Made by a program: the position numbers and the translations under genes. A DNA stretch of 64,000 nucleotides, taken from NCBI GenBank assembly GCA_951406725.2, contig OX597834.1, positions 31,558,001 through 31,622,000 of the forward strand, in the 5' to 3' direction. Under the pieces are notes generated by a model. That model saw only the letters and a list, made by a program, of their open reading frames with translations, did no database searches and had not been told where the DNA came from. Below, in pieces: positions 1 through 13,138 of the stretch (position 1 is the stretch's first letter; every line of letters begins with the position of its first letter). The stretch is from Octopus vulgaris. Lineage: Eukaryota.

Positions 1-40
<40 letters not shown>

Positions 41-90
41 TTGTACTTGTTTCAGTCATTTGACTGCGGCCATGCTGGAGCACCGCCTTC

Positions 91-255
91 AGAGTGGTGA
101 AAGAGTACAGCAGGGATCACCACCATCCCCTGCCGGAGCCTCGTGGAGCTTTTAGGTGTTTTCGCTCAATAAACACACACAACGCCCGGTCTGGGAATCG
201 AAACCGAGATCCTCCGACCGCAAGTCCGCTGCCCTAACCACTGGGCCATTGCGCC
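91..255 (-). mobile_element. tRNA-derived SINE, family D (head and partial body)
   Basis: Minus strand reads GGCGCAATGGCCCAGTGGTTAGGGCAGCGGAC...GGTTTCGATTCCC (Pol III A/B boxes), followed by non-tRNA body sequence. Confidence 0.7.
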
Positions 256-288
256 TATATATACATATATATACATATATATATATAC

Positions 289-352
<64 letters not shown>

Positions 353-460
353 ATGTAGATGTATGTATGTATATTAAGGTGAAAAGATACAATAGACGCA
401 TAGAACCCTCATCAGTTGGGTACCATATGAAGACAAATTTGAATTGCATAATATATCTAT

Positions 461-496
<36 letters not shown>

Positions 497-608
497 GTAT
501 ATACACACATACACCGCACAAACACATATGAGAGATGTAGAAAATAAAATGTAAATATTGAGTTGGAATTCTTATGAAATTTGAATTTCGTATGTGTGTG
601 CGTGTGTG

Positions 609-656
<48 letters not shown>

Positions 657-888
657 CACACACACACACATACTCACATTCAGTGAGATATTAGAAGTTG
701 TACATATGGATGGTTACGTGTGTGTGTGTCTGTGTATGCATGTGTGTGTGTGTGTGTGTGTATGAGTAAATTCATATGTATACATACATACATACATACA
801 TACATACATACATACTCAGACACATATATGCAAATAGGTGTACATAGACATAAGTATGAATAAAAGGTATTTACATATGAATATATGT

Positions 889-924
<36 letters not shown>

Positions 925-1134
925 TTGTGTTTGTATGTGCATGTGGATTTCCATGTGTGTGTGTATGAGCAAAAACCATCATGTATACGAGTGTATATCC
1001 AATATCTTGTAATGTTGTTTATTCATCTATTGTACACAGTTCATATTGAATGGCGCGTTTGGTTTCAATATTGAAAAATTGCTTATTTGGAAGAAATAGT
1101 GAAACCACCATCCCTAAGTGAAAATAATGAAGTT

Positions 1135-1413
1135 TCATACATTCATACATATTGACATATATGTATACATGTACATACATACATACATATATATATATGT
1201 GTGTGTGTGTATATATATATTTATATATATATATATATATATATACATTCATACATATTGACATAAATGTATACATGTACATACATACATACATACATAT
1301 ATATATATGTGTGTGTGTGTATATATATATTTATATATATATATATATATATATACATTCATACATATTGACATAAATGTATACATGTACATACATACAT
1401 ACATATATATATA

Positions 1414-1470
<57 letters not shown>
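1135..1470. repeat. Three tandem copies of a ~112-bp compound-microsatellite unit
   Basis: TACATTCATACATATTGACATA(T/A)ATGTATACATGTAC recurs at ~1138, ~1244 and ~1354. Confidence 0.85.
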
Positions 1471-1475
<5 letters not shown>

Positions 1476-1516
1476 TATATATACACATATACATATATGT
1501 ATGTGTGTGTGTGAGC

Positions 1517-1547
<31 letters not shown>

Positions 1548-1548
1548 C

Positions 1549-1615
<67 letters not shown>

Positions 1616-1792
1616 AATACACATATACATATACACATGTATGTATATGTGTGTGTGTGGGTATCTGTCTGTACATATGATGACATAAGTATGCAGATAT
1701 TTCTTGCACTATATTTGCACTATATATATAAATATATATATATATTTGAGTACTCTTTTTTCCACCTTGTTTCACATTTATGTGTTTACTCC

Positions 1793-1838
<46 letters not shown>

Positions 1839-1903
1839 TATATATATAGATATATATCATGCACATACATATATACATACATACACACATACATACATAC
1901 AAG

Positions 1904-1938
<35 letters not shown>

Positions 1939-2557
1939 TCACACACACACACACACACACACGCAAACAACCACACCATCAACGTATTGCTTGTGGTTGT
2001 CCATCAAATCTGGTGATGAATAGAATGAAGACACACACATACACGCATGCGCACAAAGGCACACACACATGCACACACACACACACACACACACACAAAC
2101 AAACACGCACTTGAACACATCCATCGATGCATACACTTGTAAACACATACATACAATCATACGTACATAGAAATTACACATAGTGGAAGCAAACAAATAA
2201 AAAAAACCAACCAAATAAAAAAATAATAATTTAAAAAACAACAACAAAGATTAAAGAAAAAACACATATATAAAACAATAACAGAAGCAATAAGACAAAC
2301 AAATTGTGGCCGACCCCCGTGCAAGTCGTCTTTATTATTTCTCCTACGATGGAAAATCTCTGAAACCTTTAGCAAGATTAGTCACAGTCACATATATTTA
2401 GATAAAATAAACCATTTTACCATTTTCTCAGTCATATTGGAAGAATTTCTGAAGGAAAATAACTAGTTTCCTACATTTTTTTTTACCTTAGCATTTATGT
2501 TTGTGTGTGTATTTGTGTTTGTGTATATGTATATATGTATGTATGCACACACAGAAA

Positions 2558-2593
<36 letters not shown>

Positions 2594-2845
2594 CAAAGCA
2601 TGGATTTAAGGAGAAAAGTCCATCTGTTTTTATTTCATTTTTATTTTAAAAACAATGGCCATTCAACACGTTGAAGTTCGGCTTTAACTGCTCTTTCTCC
2701 CTCTCTTTGTCTTTGGATACATAATATGCCACTATCCACCCAGCGACAGATTAGTACGTGTGTTTCAATGTGGATGAAGAACTATGTTTCTTCTCCCTCT
2801 TTTACCTTTATATATATATATATATATAATATATATATACATATA

Positions 2846-2889
<44 letters not shown>

Positions 2890-2949
2890 TATACATATAT
2901 GAATATATATATATATATATATAATATATATATACATATATATATATAT

Positions 2950-3380
2950 ATTACGGAGATGTACCTGCATAGCAAGTGATTTGATCTGAGATCGTGTGCT
3001 GAAACGAAAACAATTGCAGCGTGGAAGGTGTTCGTAAGCCATTTAAGAAACACACAAAAGCTGTTCGATTCACTTCAACATTTAAGTTGCTCATGGATTT
3101 TTGTCAGTGAAGAGGTCGCGGTCTTAAAGCGACGAAAATATTTTGACATATTAAACTTAAATGTTGAAGTGTATGTAAATGTAATATGTGACAATGCTAT
3201 TTTTTCCGATGGCTGGATAACTGAAGAGATGGCGGCATGGTTTTCCACCTCAGCATCCGAAACTCGGAGTTTTATCATATCTACCAAATAATTGTCACAT
3301 ATTACATTTACAGATAAATTCCTCTATTCACATAATATCGAGGTCTCTTTCATTCTTTTGTTGTCTTACCATTTTTATCA
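2950..3380 (+). mobile_element. Penelope-like element pLTR remnant with inverted repeats and a hammerhead motif
   Basis: Flanked by (TA)n; internal inverted repeats (CACTTCAACATTTAAGTT / AACTTAAATGTTGAAGTG; TGTAAATGTAATATGTGACAAT / ATTGTCACATATTACATTTACA); hammerhead core at 3216-3276. PLE assignment is inferred from this architecture. Confidence 0.55.
3216..3276 (+). ncRNA. Type I hammerhead ribozyme motif
   Basis: Stem I GATAA/TTATC; core CTGAAGA (3221-3227); stem II GATG/CATC with one extra C; GAAA (3259-3262); short stem III AC-TCGGA-GT; predicted GUU cleavage after 3271. Confidence 0.6.
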
Positions 3381-3397
3381 ATATATATATATATATA

Positions 3398-3600
3398 TTA
3401 TTCTTTTACTTGCTTTAGTCATTTGACTGCAGCCATGCTGCAGAGCCCCAAGGACTTATTCTTTGTAAGCCTAGTACTTATTCTGTCGGAGTCTTTTGCT
3501 GAACTGCTAAGTGACGGGGACGTAAACACACCGACATCAGTTGCCAAGCGATGGTGGAGGGATAAGCACAGACACAAACAACAAATACTTACATACATAT

Positions 3601-3635
<35 letters not shown>

Positions 3636-3795
3636 CGACAGATTTCTTTTCAGTTTCCATCTACTAAATCCACTCACAAGGCTTTGGTCAGCCTGAGGCT
3701 GTAGTAGAAGACACTTGCCCAAAGTGCCATGCAGTTGGATTGAACCCAGAACGATATGGTTGGGAAGCAAGCTTCTTACTACACAGCCACTCCAC
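3398..3795 (-). mobile_element. tRNA-derived SINE, family A
   Basis: Reverse complement aligns by eye with 9878-10283 (head, internal TA tract, GACTGAAACAAGTAAAAGA-type tail). Confidence 0.85.
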
Positions 3796-4239
3796 ATTAT
3801 TTTGAGTAAACCATGCTTTATCTAACATTATTAAAATAGAAGCTTATAGTGGATTAAGTACTTTCAGAAACACCCTGTGACTTCTATATTAACAATATTA
3901 GATGTGATTTGAGGGAGATTTAGCCGTTATGGGGTTACGAAGTTTAATTTGCAACCACATGGTTTTGGATTCAGTCCCACACTGTTTCTAGGAAACAAGA
4001 GGTGGGATGGTCATACCTGGAATGGTTAAGCAACAATAGCACCAACAATGACAAAATGTCTGTTGTCTAGCTGTTTAGCTGCCGACCAGGTGGTTTTTTA
4101 TTTATTTTATTTTATTTTTTATTTTATTTAGTTTCAGCTCACAAGCTGTGGCCATGCTGGGGCACCGCTTGGTGTCATCCAAATTTTTATAAATTAAAGG
4201 CTTCCAGGGGAAATATTTTAGAATAATTGTAAAAAACAA

Positions 4240-4410
4240 ATACAGCTTGGAACCAGTCACATCGCAACTCATTTCTACAGATGAATGAACTGGAGAAACG
4301 TGAAATGAAGTGTCTTGCTCAAGAACGCAACACACAGCCCGGTCTAGGAATCGAATTCATTATCTCATGATCGTGAGCCCAATGCTCTAACCACTGAACC
4401 ATGTGCCTTC
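4240..4410 (-). mobile_element. tRNA-derived SINE, family E
   Basis: Minus strand GCACATGGTTCAGTGGTTAGAGCATTGGGCTCACGATC...GAATTCGATTCC then GTTCTTGAGCAAGACACTT; homologous to 34127-34440 and 54325-54580. Confidence 0.75.
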
Positions 4411-4599
4411 ACACATGGCTCAGTGGTTGTTGTCGATGTCATTGTGTGTGTGTGTGTGTTTGTATTTTGGAGGAGACACACTGTTTTATATAGACTGAAG
4501 CATATAAAAGAATAAAAGAATATGTTGGTGTGTTTGTTTGTGTGTACATAATGGTTGTAAACAACATACTGGTTGTCAACAAATATCATCATTATCTGT

Positions 4600-4890
4600 G
4601 GCCAGTGCCCCCTGACTGGCCCCTGTGCCGCTGGTACGTAAAAAACACTATCCAAACGTGATTGATGCCAGGCCTGCCTGACTGGCCCCTGTGCTGGTGG
4701 CACATAAAAAGCACCCACTGCATGCTAGGAGTGGTTGGTGTTAGGAAGAGCATCCAGCTGTAGAAACTTTGTCAGATCAGATTGGAGCCTGGTGCAGCCA
4801 CTGGCTCTCCAGACCTAAGTCAAACCATCCAACCCATGCCAGCATGGAAAACAGATATTAAACGATGATCAACATGATGATGATGATCAT
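4600..4890 (+). mobile_element. SINE-like repeat, family B, with (GAT)n tail
   Basis: Degenerate GGCACGTAAAAAGCACC units, GTTAGGAAG(A/G)GCATCCAGCTGTAGAAAC, and CAACCCATGCCAGCATGGAAA...(GAT)n tail shared with many copies. Confidence 0.8.
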
Positions 4891-6155
4891 CATCAAACAA
4901 GAAATATTGTTTGTTTTTAGTCCTCTGTGAAAAACATGTCTGTCCAAGGGGAAAAAGACTGCTTTGCTTGGTTATAGCAACAGGAAGGGCATCTGACAGT
5001 AGAAAATCTGCCTCAATGCATTCTGTATGCCCCATGCAAGCCTGGTAAAGTGGGCATTAAATGATGCTGTAGATCTGTCAGGGATGCGATTGTGAAGGTG
5101 ATGGTCTGCAAAGGTGGTAGTTGTGGAAGTGGTGATTTGGGGTTCTGATCATTGTGGTGGTGGTGGTGGTAGTGTGATGGGTGATGGTGGAGAGCTGGGC
5201 GAGATGGTAATGGTTGCAGTGGTGGTGGTGGTGGTGGTGGTGATGGTTGGTGTTCCCATACTTTTTGTTTTGGCAAGCTCATTTTGTTGTTCTTGTTGAC
5301 ATAGATGACGATGAAGATGATGATAATGATGATGAGGAGGAGGGGGGATGGGAATGACAATGATGATAAAGATGATGTTGACCACAATGATGATGATGAT
5401 GATAATGACGATGACAATGATGATGATGATGATGATGATGATAATGACATTGATGATAATGATGAGGAGGAGAAGGAGGTGACAAGGATGATGATGATGA
5501 CAATAGCAACAATAATAATGACGATGATGATGATGACATCAACGACGACAACGATGATATTGGTGATGCTGATGATGATGATGTTCCCTTAGTTTACTAA
5601 GCTGGATTAAATTCACAGACAAACCAACAAATAAAGATGCAAGTTCTGGTGGTCGTGGTCGTGGCGGCGGCAGTGGTGATGGTGGTGGTGGTGGTGGTGG
5701 TGGTGGTGGTGGGCATGGAAGTGGCAGCAGCCTGTTTTAGTAGTGGTGGTGATGGCGGAGGTAGTGTGTGCAAGTGTGTGTGTGCATGTGTGCATTGGGG
5801 GAGGGGGATAACCTCTCCCTCCCCTTTCATAACTAGGAATGTCAACTGAAGACTAATGCTTCTTAAAGAATTTCTTCTTGATCTTCCATTTCAGATTCTT
5901 CTGTAATGGATGTATACATGCGCACACACACACACGTATACTTATATGCATATATATATATATATATACATACACATATATATATTATATATATAGATGT
6001 ACATACATGTATATATATGTACATACATATATACTTATATATGTGTATATGTATAGATATATGCCTACTTGTTTTTGTGTATGTACTTGTGTTTGTGTGC
6101 ATGTGTGTATATGCATATGCATATACATAAGTACATACATGTATACAGATATATA

Positions 6156-6197
<42 letters not shown>

Positions 6198-7808
6198 CGT
6201 GTGCTTGTGAGTATGTTGAGTATTATATAAGTATATGTATATATGAATATGTATATATATATGTGTGTATATATATATATATACCCGTTATGTTGGTGTA
6301 TAAATATTATAAATGTATGACTTATCATAAACATATATTTGTGCATCTGTCTTTGTGTGAGTGTGTGTGTGCACATGTGTGCATGTATATATATATATAC
6401 ACACACACACACACATACATTACACACACACACGTGCGCGCACACACACACACACACACATTAAAAATATGGTTTCTTAAATCAGAGCCAACACAAAAAA
6501 GTCTCAATCTGTAGCTAGTATTTCTATATTTTTCACGTGTATTCTTTCAATTTCGTATTATTATCATCGCTATTTCATAGTGTTTTGTGTCTTGAGATAA
6601 AGAACTAATGTCGTCTCTGCCTTCTTCCATGCTTGCTCCAGTACAAAGAAACACCTTCAGACAACTAACTATATTCACGACGTAGGAAGATACAGGTATA
6701 TTAAATACCATACAGGTGAAAGAATGTAGCTTAGTGGTTTTGAGTTTTTGGTTCACGATCAGACACTCAGACAGGCACACGTCCTCCATAGGTCTACTTG
6801 ATCAAGGCTGACTTAGAACTAAAGAACAACAACATCAGGGGCCATTGTAATATTTATTCCTTGCAGATTTGGTTCTAGAGAGTTATACTTGCTACAAAAC
6901 CTCCATAATCCATAAACTCCCTCAACAAGTTTTACCCTTGCCTTAACTGAAATCCCAATTTAGGCCAATCACACAGTATGAAGATATGGTATAATATAAA
7001 CAACAAAATCCATAAGCTATGAACTCCCTAAACACCCTAAACACATTTAACCCTTATTGGAATTAGAATCTTAATGAAGGACAACTCCCAAACCATGAGA
7101 ACACATAATACTGTCAACAATATACACAAATAAACAAGCACATCATAAGGTACACATCTCATCATCAGCTGCCAAACATATATCATTATGGTTTCTACCC
7201 TGATACAATACAGCAGACATAAGTAAGAAATGAACTGCTAACCTCTTACTTTGTTGCTCCAATTCCCAATCAGCTCAGCAATAACCAAAGATCCATCAAA
7301 GTCAGACCCAACAAGCACTATGGTGTATAGTAATTACTTACCGTTATCCTGCTGAGCTCACAATGAGTGCCAAATCTAAATGAAGGAGGTGCTTCTCTTT
7401 GTTGTAGGTGATGTGGAAGGTAAGGATGTTAATGTTTCTGTAAGATGGCTAGCTGATGGAGGCTTGAGGTATATTATTTTTTTCTCTAAATTCTGAGAAG
7501 GAATAAGGCTCCCCCGAAGTCACAAAAGTTTGTCTGGACCCAGTATTTACTGACTTGCATCAAGTGCCAACATTGCTGCTAATTGGCGGCCAAGATCTTT
7601 AACATGGATTTTCTGCCAAGTTCTCATGGCAGATTGTCAAAGTAAAGCTTTAAAATAAACCTGTTATTGGTCATGTCCTTCTCTTAAACAGCATCACAAA
7701 TGGTTGGTCAAACACTTCACACGTTTATTTTAAACCCTGCCACTGACCACCACCACCACCACAAACTTATTCTAGCACATCATTTATTCTAGTCTATTAC
7801 AAACCAGT

Positions 7809-7897
<89 letters not shown>

Positions 7898-8354
7898 CCT
7901 GTTGACAGTAAATCAACCCTGCTAAAAATTTCCAGTTAATCTTGCTTGACTCTAACCCTAATTCTCTGATGCATATTTCCTGTTTCAAAATGATCTGAAT
8001 CAAAACCTTTCCATTGAAATTTCATGATAATTTATGCCCCAAACAATCGTTCAATTAACAACAAAGTTACTTTACTAAATTCTTCGTGATTTTCAAAACT
8101 GATTAAAAGAAAGGCTGTGCATTTCAACAGAAATGTTGCAACAAAAAGTTAAAACATTTTTTACATGGATTTTCCTGGTCTGAATGAAGAAAATCTAATA
8201 CTGAGATTCGTCAGTCTTCACAACAAACAACTAGATAGAACTTGATAGAACTCCCCAGTGTAAGATATTTAGGATAAACACATCATCTATTAACCCTTCT
8301 AACACCAAACCTACCTTAGACCACACCTACTTTTATGATATAAGTTTTCTGCTT

Positions 8355-8797
8355 TCACCCTTTAATATTTAAACTGACCATATTCAATACAAATATCCTA
8401 CCTGTTTTATGTGCAGACTAGCTATGTTCAGCCTCTCACACCTACCCTACAATGTCATACAAGAAATAAACAAGCACATCATCAAAGTCTCAACATGAAA
8501 AAGATAATGCAGGACAAATTAAAAACAATGTTGATAAATAGATATTAGATTACACTGACTAATCACCATCATCATCATCGTTGTCCTTTAACATCCACTT
8601 TCCATGCTGGCATGGGTTAGACGGTTTGACTGAGGACTGGCAAGCCAGAAGGCTGCACCAGGCTCCAATCTGATCTGGCAATGTTTCTACAGCTGGTTGC
8701 CCTTCCTAATGCCAACCACTCCAAGAGTGTAGTGGATGCTTTTTATGTGCCACCAGCACAGGAGCCAGTCAGGTGAATCTGAATGCTAAGGGGTTAA
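8355..8797 (+). mobile_element. piggyBac-like MITE type 2, interrupted by a family-B repeat
   Basis: Starts ACCCTTTAATATTTAAACTG and ends AATGCTAAGGGGTTAA; internal CAGCCTCTCACACCTACCCTACAATGTCAT is also present at ~52480. Confidence 0.6.
8566..8775 (-). mobile_element. Family B repeat nested in MITE type 2
   Basis: (CAT)n then TTTCCATGCTGGCATGGGTT...TGCCCTTCCTAATGCCAACCACTCC, the reverse complement of family B. Confidence 0.85.
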
Positions 8798-9877
8798 AGA
8801 GAACTTAATTAAAACCTTCTAATTAAAACCTTCTGTGCTAATTTTTATTCCAAACACCAGCTTACTAATGACAAGGTTGTTTTACTAAATTCTGCATTAT
8901 TTTCAAAATTAATCAAGACAAAGGCTGTGTATTTCAACAGAAATATGCTTACAAAAGGATTAAAATGATCTGAATTAAAACCTTCCATTAAAATTTTATG
9001 TTAATTTACATTCCAAACAACAGCAAAATAACAACAACAGTTATTTTACTAAATTTGTTATTTTAAAATTTAATGGAAAGGCAATGTATTTCAACAGAAA
9101 TATGGTAACAAAAGGGTTGAACTAGTGCTTGGAGCATAAATTAACATGGAATAACGAAGAAAGATTTTAATTTAACCCTTTTGATACCTACCAACCAACA
9201 AACCAGCCTGCCTGACTTTGCCTCTATTTCTATGATAAAAACCTCCTGTCTTAAAGTGATCTAAATTTAAACCTTCCTTCAAATTTCACGTTAATTTATG
9301 TTTCAAAACACCAGATTGACAGTTTTTCTACTAAACTCATTATTTAAAAAATTAATTGAAAGGCAGTGTATTTCAGCAGAAATATAGTAACAAACGGGTT
9401 AAAGTAATCTTAATTAAAAACTCCCATCATAATCTCATCTTAATTTATGTTCCAAATGCCAACTTAGAAATGACAAAATTATTATATGAAATTCTTCATT
9501 ATTTAAAAAAATATTGACTCCAAAGAGTCAATATTTAAAACAATAAATTCCAATTGGACATGTTTTGAGAAAACTAAATATACCACTGGCCCTTTTTTTT
9601 TTTTTCTTTGTTAATCAATAATCACAAAGATCAAAGCTACAAAGCCTTAATGCATTAAAGAAGTTTTGAAAAAATATATACAAAAGGGTCTATCCTGATG
9701 TAATGTTAGTTTTGCCCCATTTGATACCAACCCACCTGATACTACCTCTGGTTCTTAGATCAATTAACACCTTCCATCAAAATTTCATGTTAATTTATGT
9801 TCCAAACACCAGATTAATAACGGCCAAGTTGTTTTATGAGATTCTCCATTGTTTTTAAAATTAATTGAAACACAATA

Positions 9878-10283
9878 GGCGCAGGAGTGGCTGTGTGGTA
9901 AGTAACTTGCTAACCAACCACATGGTTCCGGGTTCAGTCCCACTGCGTGGCATCTTGGGCAAGTGTCTTCTGCTATAGCCCCCGGGCCGACCAATGCCTT
10001 GTGAGTGGATCTGGTAGACGGAAACTGAAAGAAGCCTGTCGTATATATGTATATATATATGTGTGTGTGTGTGTGTCTGTGTTTGTCCCCCTAGCATTGC
10101 TTGACAACCGATGCTGGTGTGTTTACGTCCCCGTCACTTAGCGGTTCGGCAAAAGAGACCGATAGAATAAGTACTGGGCTTACAAAGAATAAGTCCCGGG
10201 GTCGATTTGCTCGACTAAAGGCGGTGCTCCAGCATGGCCGCAGTCGAATGACTGAAACAAGTAAAAGAGAGAAAGAGAGAGAG
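9878..10283 (+). mobile_element. tRNA-derived SINE, family A, full length
   Basis: A box TGGCTGTGTGG (9888-9898), B box GGTTCAGTCCC (9931-9941), CTTGGGCAAGTGTCTTCT body, internal (TA)/(TG) tract, tail GGTGCTCCAGCATGGCCGCAGTC..ATGACTGAAACAAGTAAAAGAG. More than a dozen copies or fragments in the window. Confidence 0.9.
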
Positions 10284-10289
10284 ACAATG

Positions 10290-10502
10290 CCAAGTAAATG
10301 GCACCTGTGAAATCGTTGTCATGGCCATTCCTGGTGTCATGTAAATGGCTCTTGTGGCTGGTGTTGGGAAGGGCAGCCAGCCATAGAAACCCTGCCAAAT
10401 CAGACTGGAACCTGGTGCAGCTCTCTGGCATACCAGTTCCGGTCAAACTGTCTAACCCATGCCGACATGGAAAGCGGACATCAAATGATGATTGATGATG
10501 AT
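10290..10502 (+). mobile_element. Family B repeat, diverged
   Basis: GGAAGGGCAGCCAGCCATAGAAAC...AACCCATGCCGACATGGAAAGCGGAC...(GAT)n. Confidence 0.7.
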
Positions 10503-10901
10503 GAAAGTCAGAGTGTTTCTACTGAAATATCAAAACAAAAGGTTTAAATCTCTTTCAAATTACACACTTACCTACACCACTCATTGCAGGAATCGAACCC
10601 ACAGCCTTATTATGATCATGAGCTTAAGACCTTAAATCCTATGCCAAGCACTTACATTATATACAAGTAAGATTAATAAATAAAATTTAAAAAAATAGAC
10701 ATGGCTGTGTAGTTAAGAAACTTGCTTTGCAATCATGTGGATCTGGGTTCCATCCTATTGCATGGCATCTTCAGCAAGTGTTTTCAACAATAGTGTAAAT
10801 TTGATGGATGGAAACAGTGAAAGCCTATTATGTGTGCGTGTATTATATCAAGGTATGTTATAATAAATATGTAACATGTAATTATAAACTTATATATATA
10901 G

Positions 10902-10945
<44 letters not shown>

Positions 10946-11004
10946 TGGCTGATCCCTCTTATATTATAGAGCAGTTACTGTTTATATCTCGCCCAGAGAT
11001 TTAT

Positions 11005-11044
<40 letters not shown>

Positions 11045-11072
11045 GCATATATATATATACACACACATATGC

Positions 11073-11103
<31 letters not shown>

Positions 11104-11564
11104 TATATGTGTGTATGTATATATATGTATAAATATATTCCCCCTACCGAATACTCTCACAAAGCATTGGTCAACCTGGAGCTATAGTAGAAAATACTTG
11201 CCCAAGGTGCCATGTATTTGGATTGAACCTGAAATCACATAGCTACCAAGTGAGTGAAATGGCTGTGGTCGGAATTGCTTTTATCATATTTCTGCTTCAC
11301 CAATACAGCTCACCTGAGCCAATAATGTTCATAAGATTTCAGCATGTAGCGGCCCTTATCTTGCGCTCTTATTGCCCTGTGGTATCTAGTTCCCACGTGA
11401 AACCCATTTGAAGAATGGTGAATCTCAGACCTGTCATAAATTCTGGCACCGTTTGGGAGATTTTATTTCTTTTCTGCAAAACACATCTATCATGTCTATC
11501 TAGCACCAAAGAAATTCACCAGAACCATGCCTGCTGCTGCCATTGTAGATGAGCTGTGGTGTGC

Positions 11565-11629
<65 letters not shown>

Positions 11630-11725
11630 GTACATGTAAATATGTATATGTGTGTGCATGTGTATAGTGTAGTGTATGTATAAGCTATTATATATATATG
11701 CATATATAGTGTACATATATGTATG

Positions 11726-11768
<43 letters not shown>

Positions 11769-11973
11769 ATGTATATATATATCCATGGCCACCCATTCCT
11801 CTTACACTCAAAAATTCCCACGCCCCTCACTACTAACCCTATTACCCTCCCCCCCCCCCAATCATTCTTCTTTCTCTTCTGCTTCACAGTTCTCCATCAC
11901 CTAAGTCCCTTTACAAACTTAACTGACACTTGCTTAATTTGTCTTCAAGACCAACCTGCCCCTTTAATTTTTA

Positions 11974-12022
<49 letters not shown>

Positions 12023-12468
12023 TTCATTTTTTTTTGTATCGCGGTCCTGTCAATTCCCTTTTAACTAATTCCATAATCTGTTTCTTGCAAGCTTTCTGTG
12101 CCAACGAACAATGCATTAAGCTTCCAGAAACTGGTCCACCCACCCTACCTTCCTTCTTCACCCCACCCCACCCCCATTCTTCCCCACCCCTACCCTAGGC
12201 CTACTGCAGAGGGGGGTAAGAGTAGCAATGGGGATAGTGAAGGCACCCCACCCACCGTTCACCCCCTCCCCTCCCACCATTGTCACATCCCCACTCCCAC
12301 CCACTTATATAAATGGCTTCCTCTGCCAACATTGCTGACCCTTTAACTGCTTCTTCAGCCCCTCCCCCCCACTAATGCATCCCCTATCATCCAACCATAC
12401 CATCACCAGCATTCCAACCCCTGGTATTAAATATATATATGTACATATATACATACATACATACATAT

Positions 12469-12536
<68 letters not shown>

Positions 12537-12624
12537 CACACACACACACACATACACTTGCATGCTCACACACACATGCACACATATATCATATTTTATA
12601 TAATACATTATTACATATATATTG

Positions 12625-12679
<55 letters not shown>

Positions 12680-12761
12680 ATACACACACATATTATATAA
12701 ACATATTATACATGTTATATTTTTGTATATTACACATATATAATATATATATATATATATA

Positions 12762-12812
<51 letters not shown>

Positions 12813-13099
12813 TGACAATGATGTTGGTGATGATATATATATGCATATTTTTTATAGACATAATTTTATTTATTTATTTACCTTTTCTTTTCACCCCAGC
12901 CCACTCCCAGCATGATCTGCATTTGCCCCACTTCCCATCTGTTCCCATCCCACCCATCCACCCACCACCTTCATCTCAATCATTTCTTCTTCTGTGTCTT
13001 CATCGCCACGTCACCCCCCCTTACTCTGCTACATTTCTCCCTCACTCCAAGGGCCTTGGTACCGTTTCTCTCTAACTTTCATTTCATATCAAAATAAAA

Positions 13100-13138
<39 letters not shown>

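Larger units (their letters stand above)
7912..9560 (+). mobile_element. Cluster of TTAA-bounded piggyBac-like MITEs (type 1), nested and partial
   Basis: Termini TTAACCCTTTTGATACC ... GGTAACAAAAGGGTTAA; at least five copies of the internal segment ATCTAAATTAAAACCTTCC...TTTATGTTCCAAACACC...GTATTTCAACAGAAATATGG. TTAA target plus CCC ends is the piggyBac signature. Confidence 0.65.

Noticed and set aside
7341-7492. Minus-strand exon suggested by a CG|GTAAGT donor
   Set aside because: Stops occur in the plausible frames; the peptide looks at best like a decayed retroelement fragment.
9878-9950. Functional tRNA genes at SINE heads (also 185-255, 14133-14195, 34127-34195)
   Set aside because: A/B boxes are present but the cloverleaf stems are broken and each continues into a repeat body.
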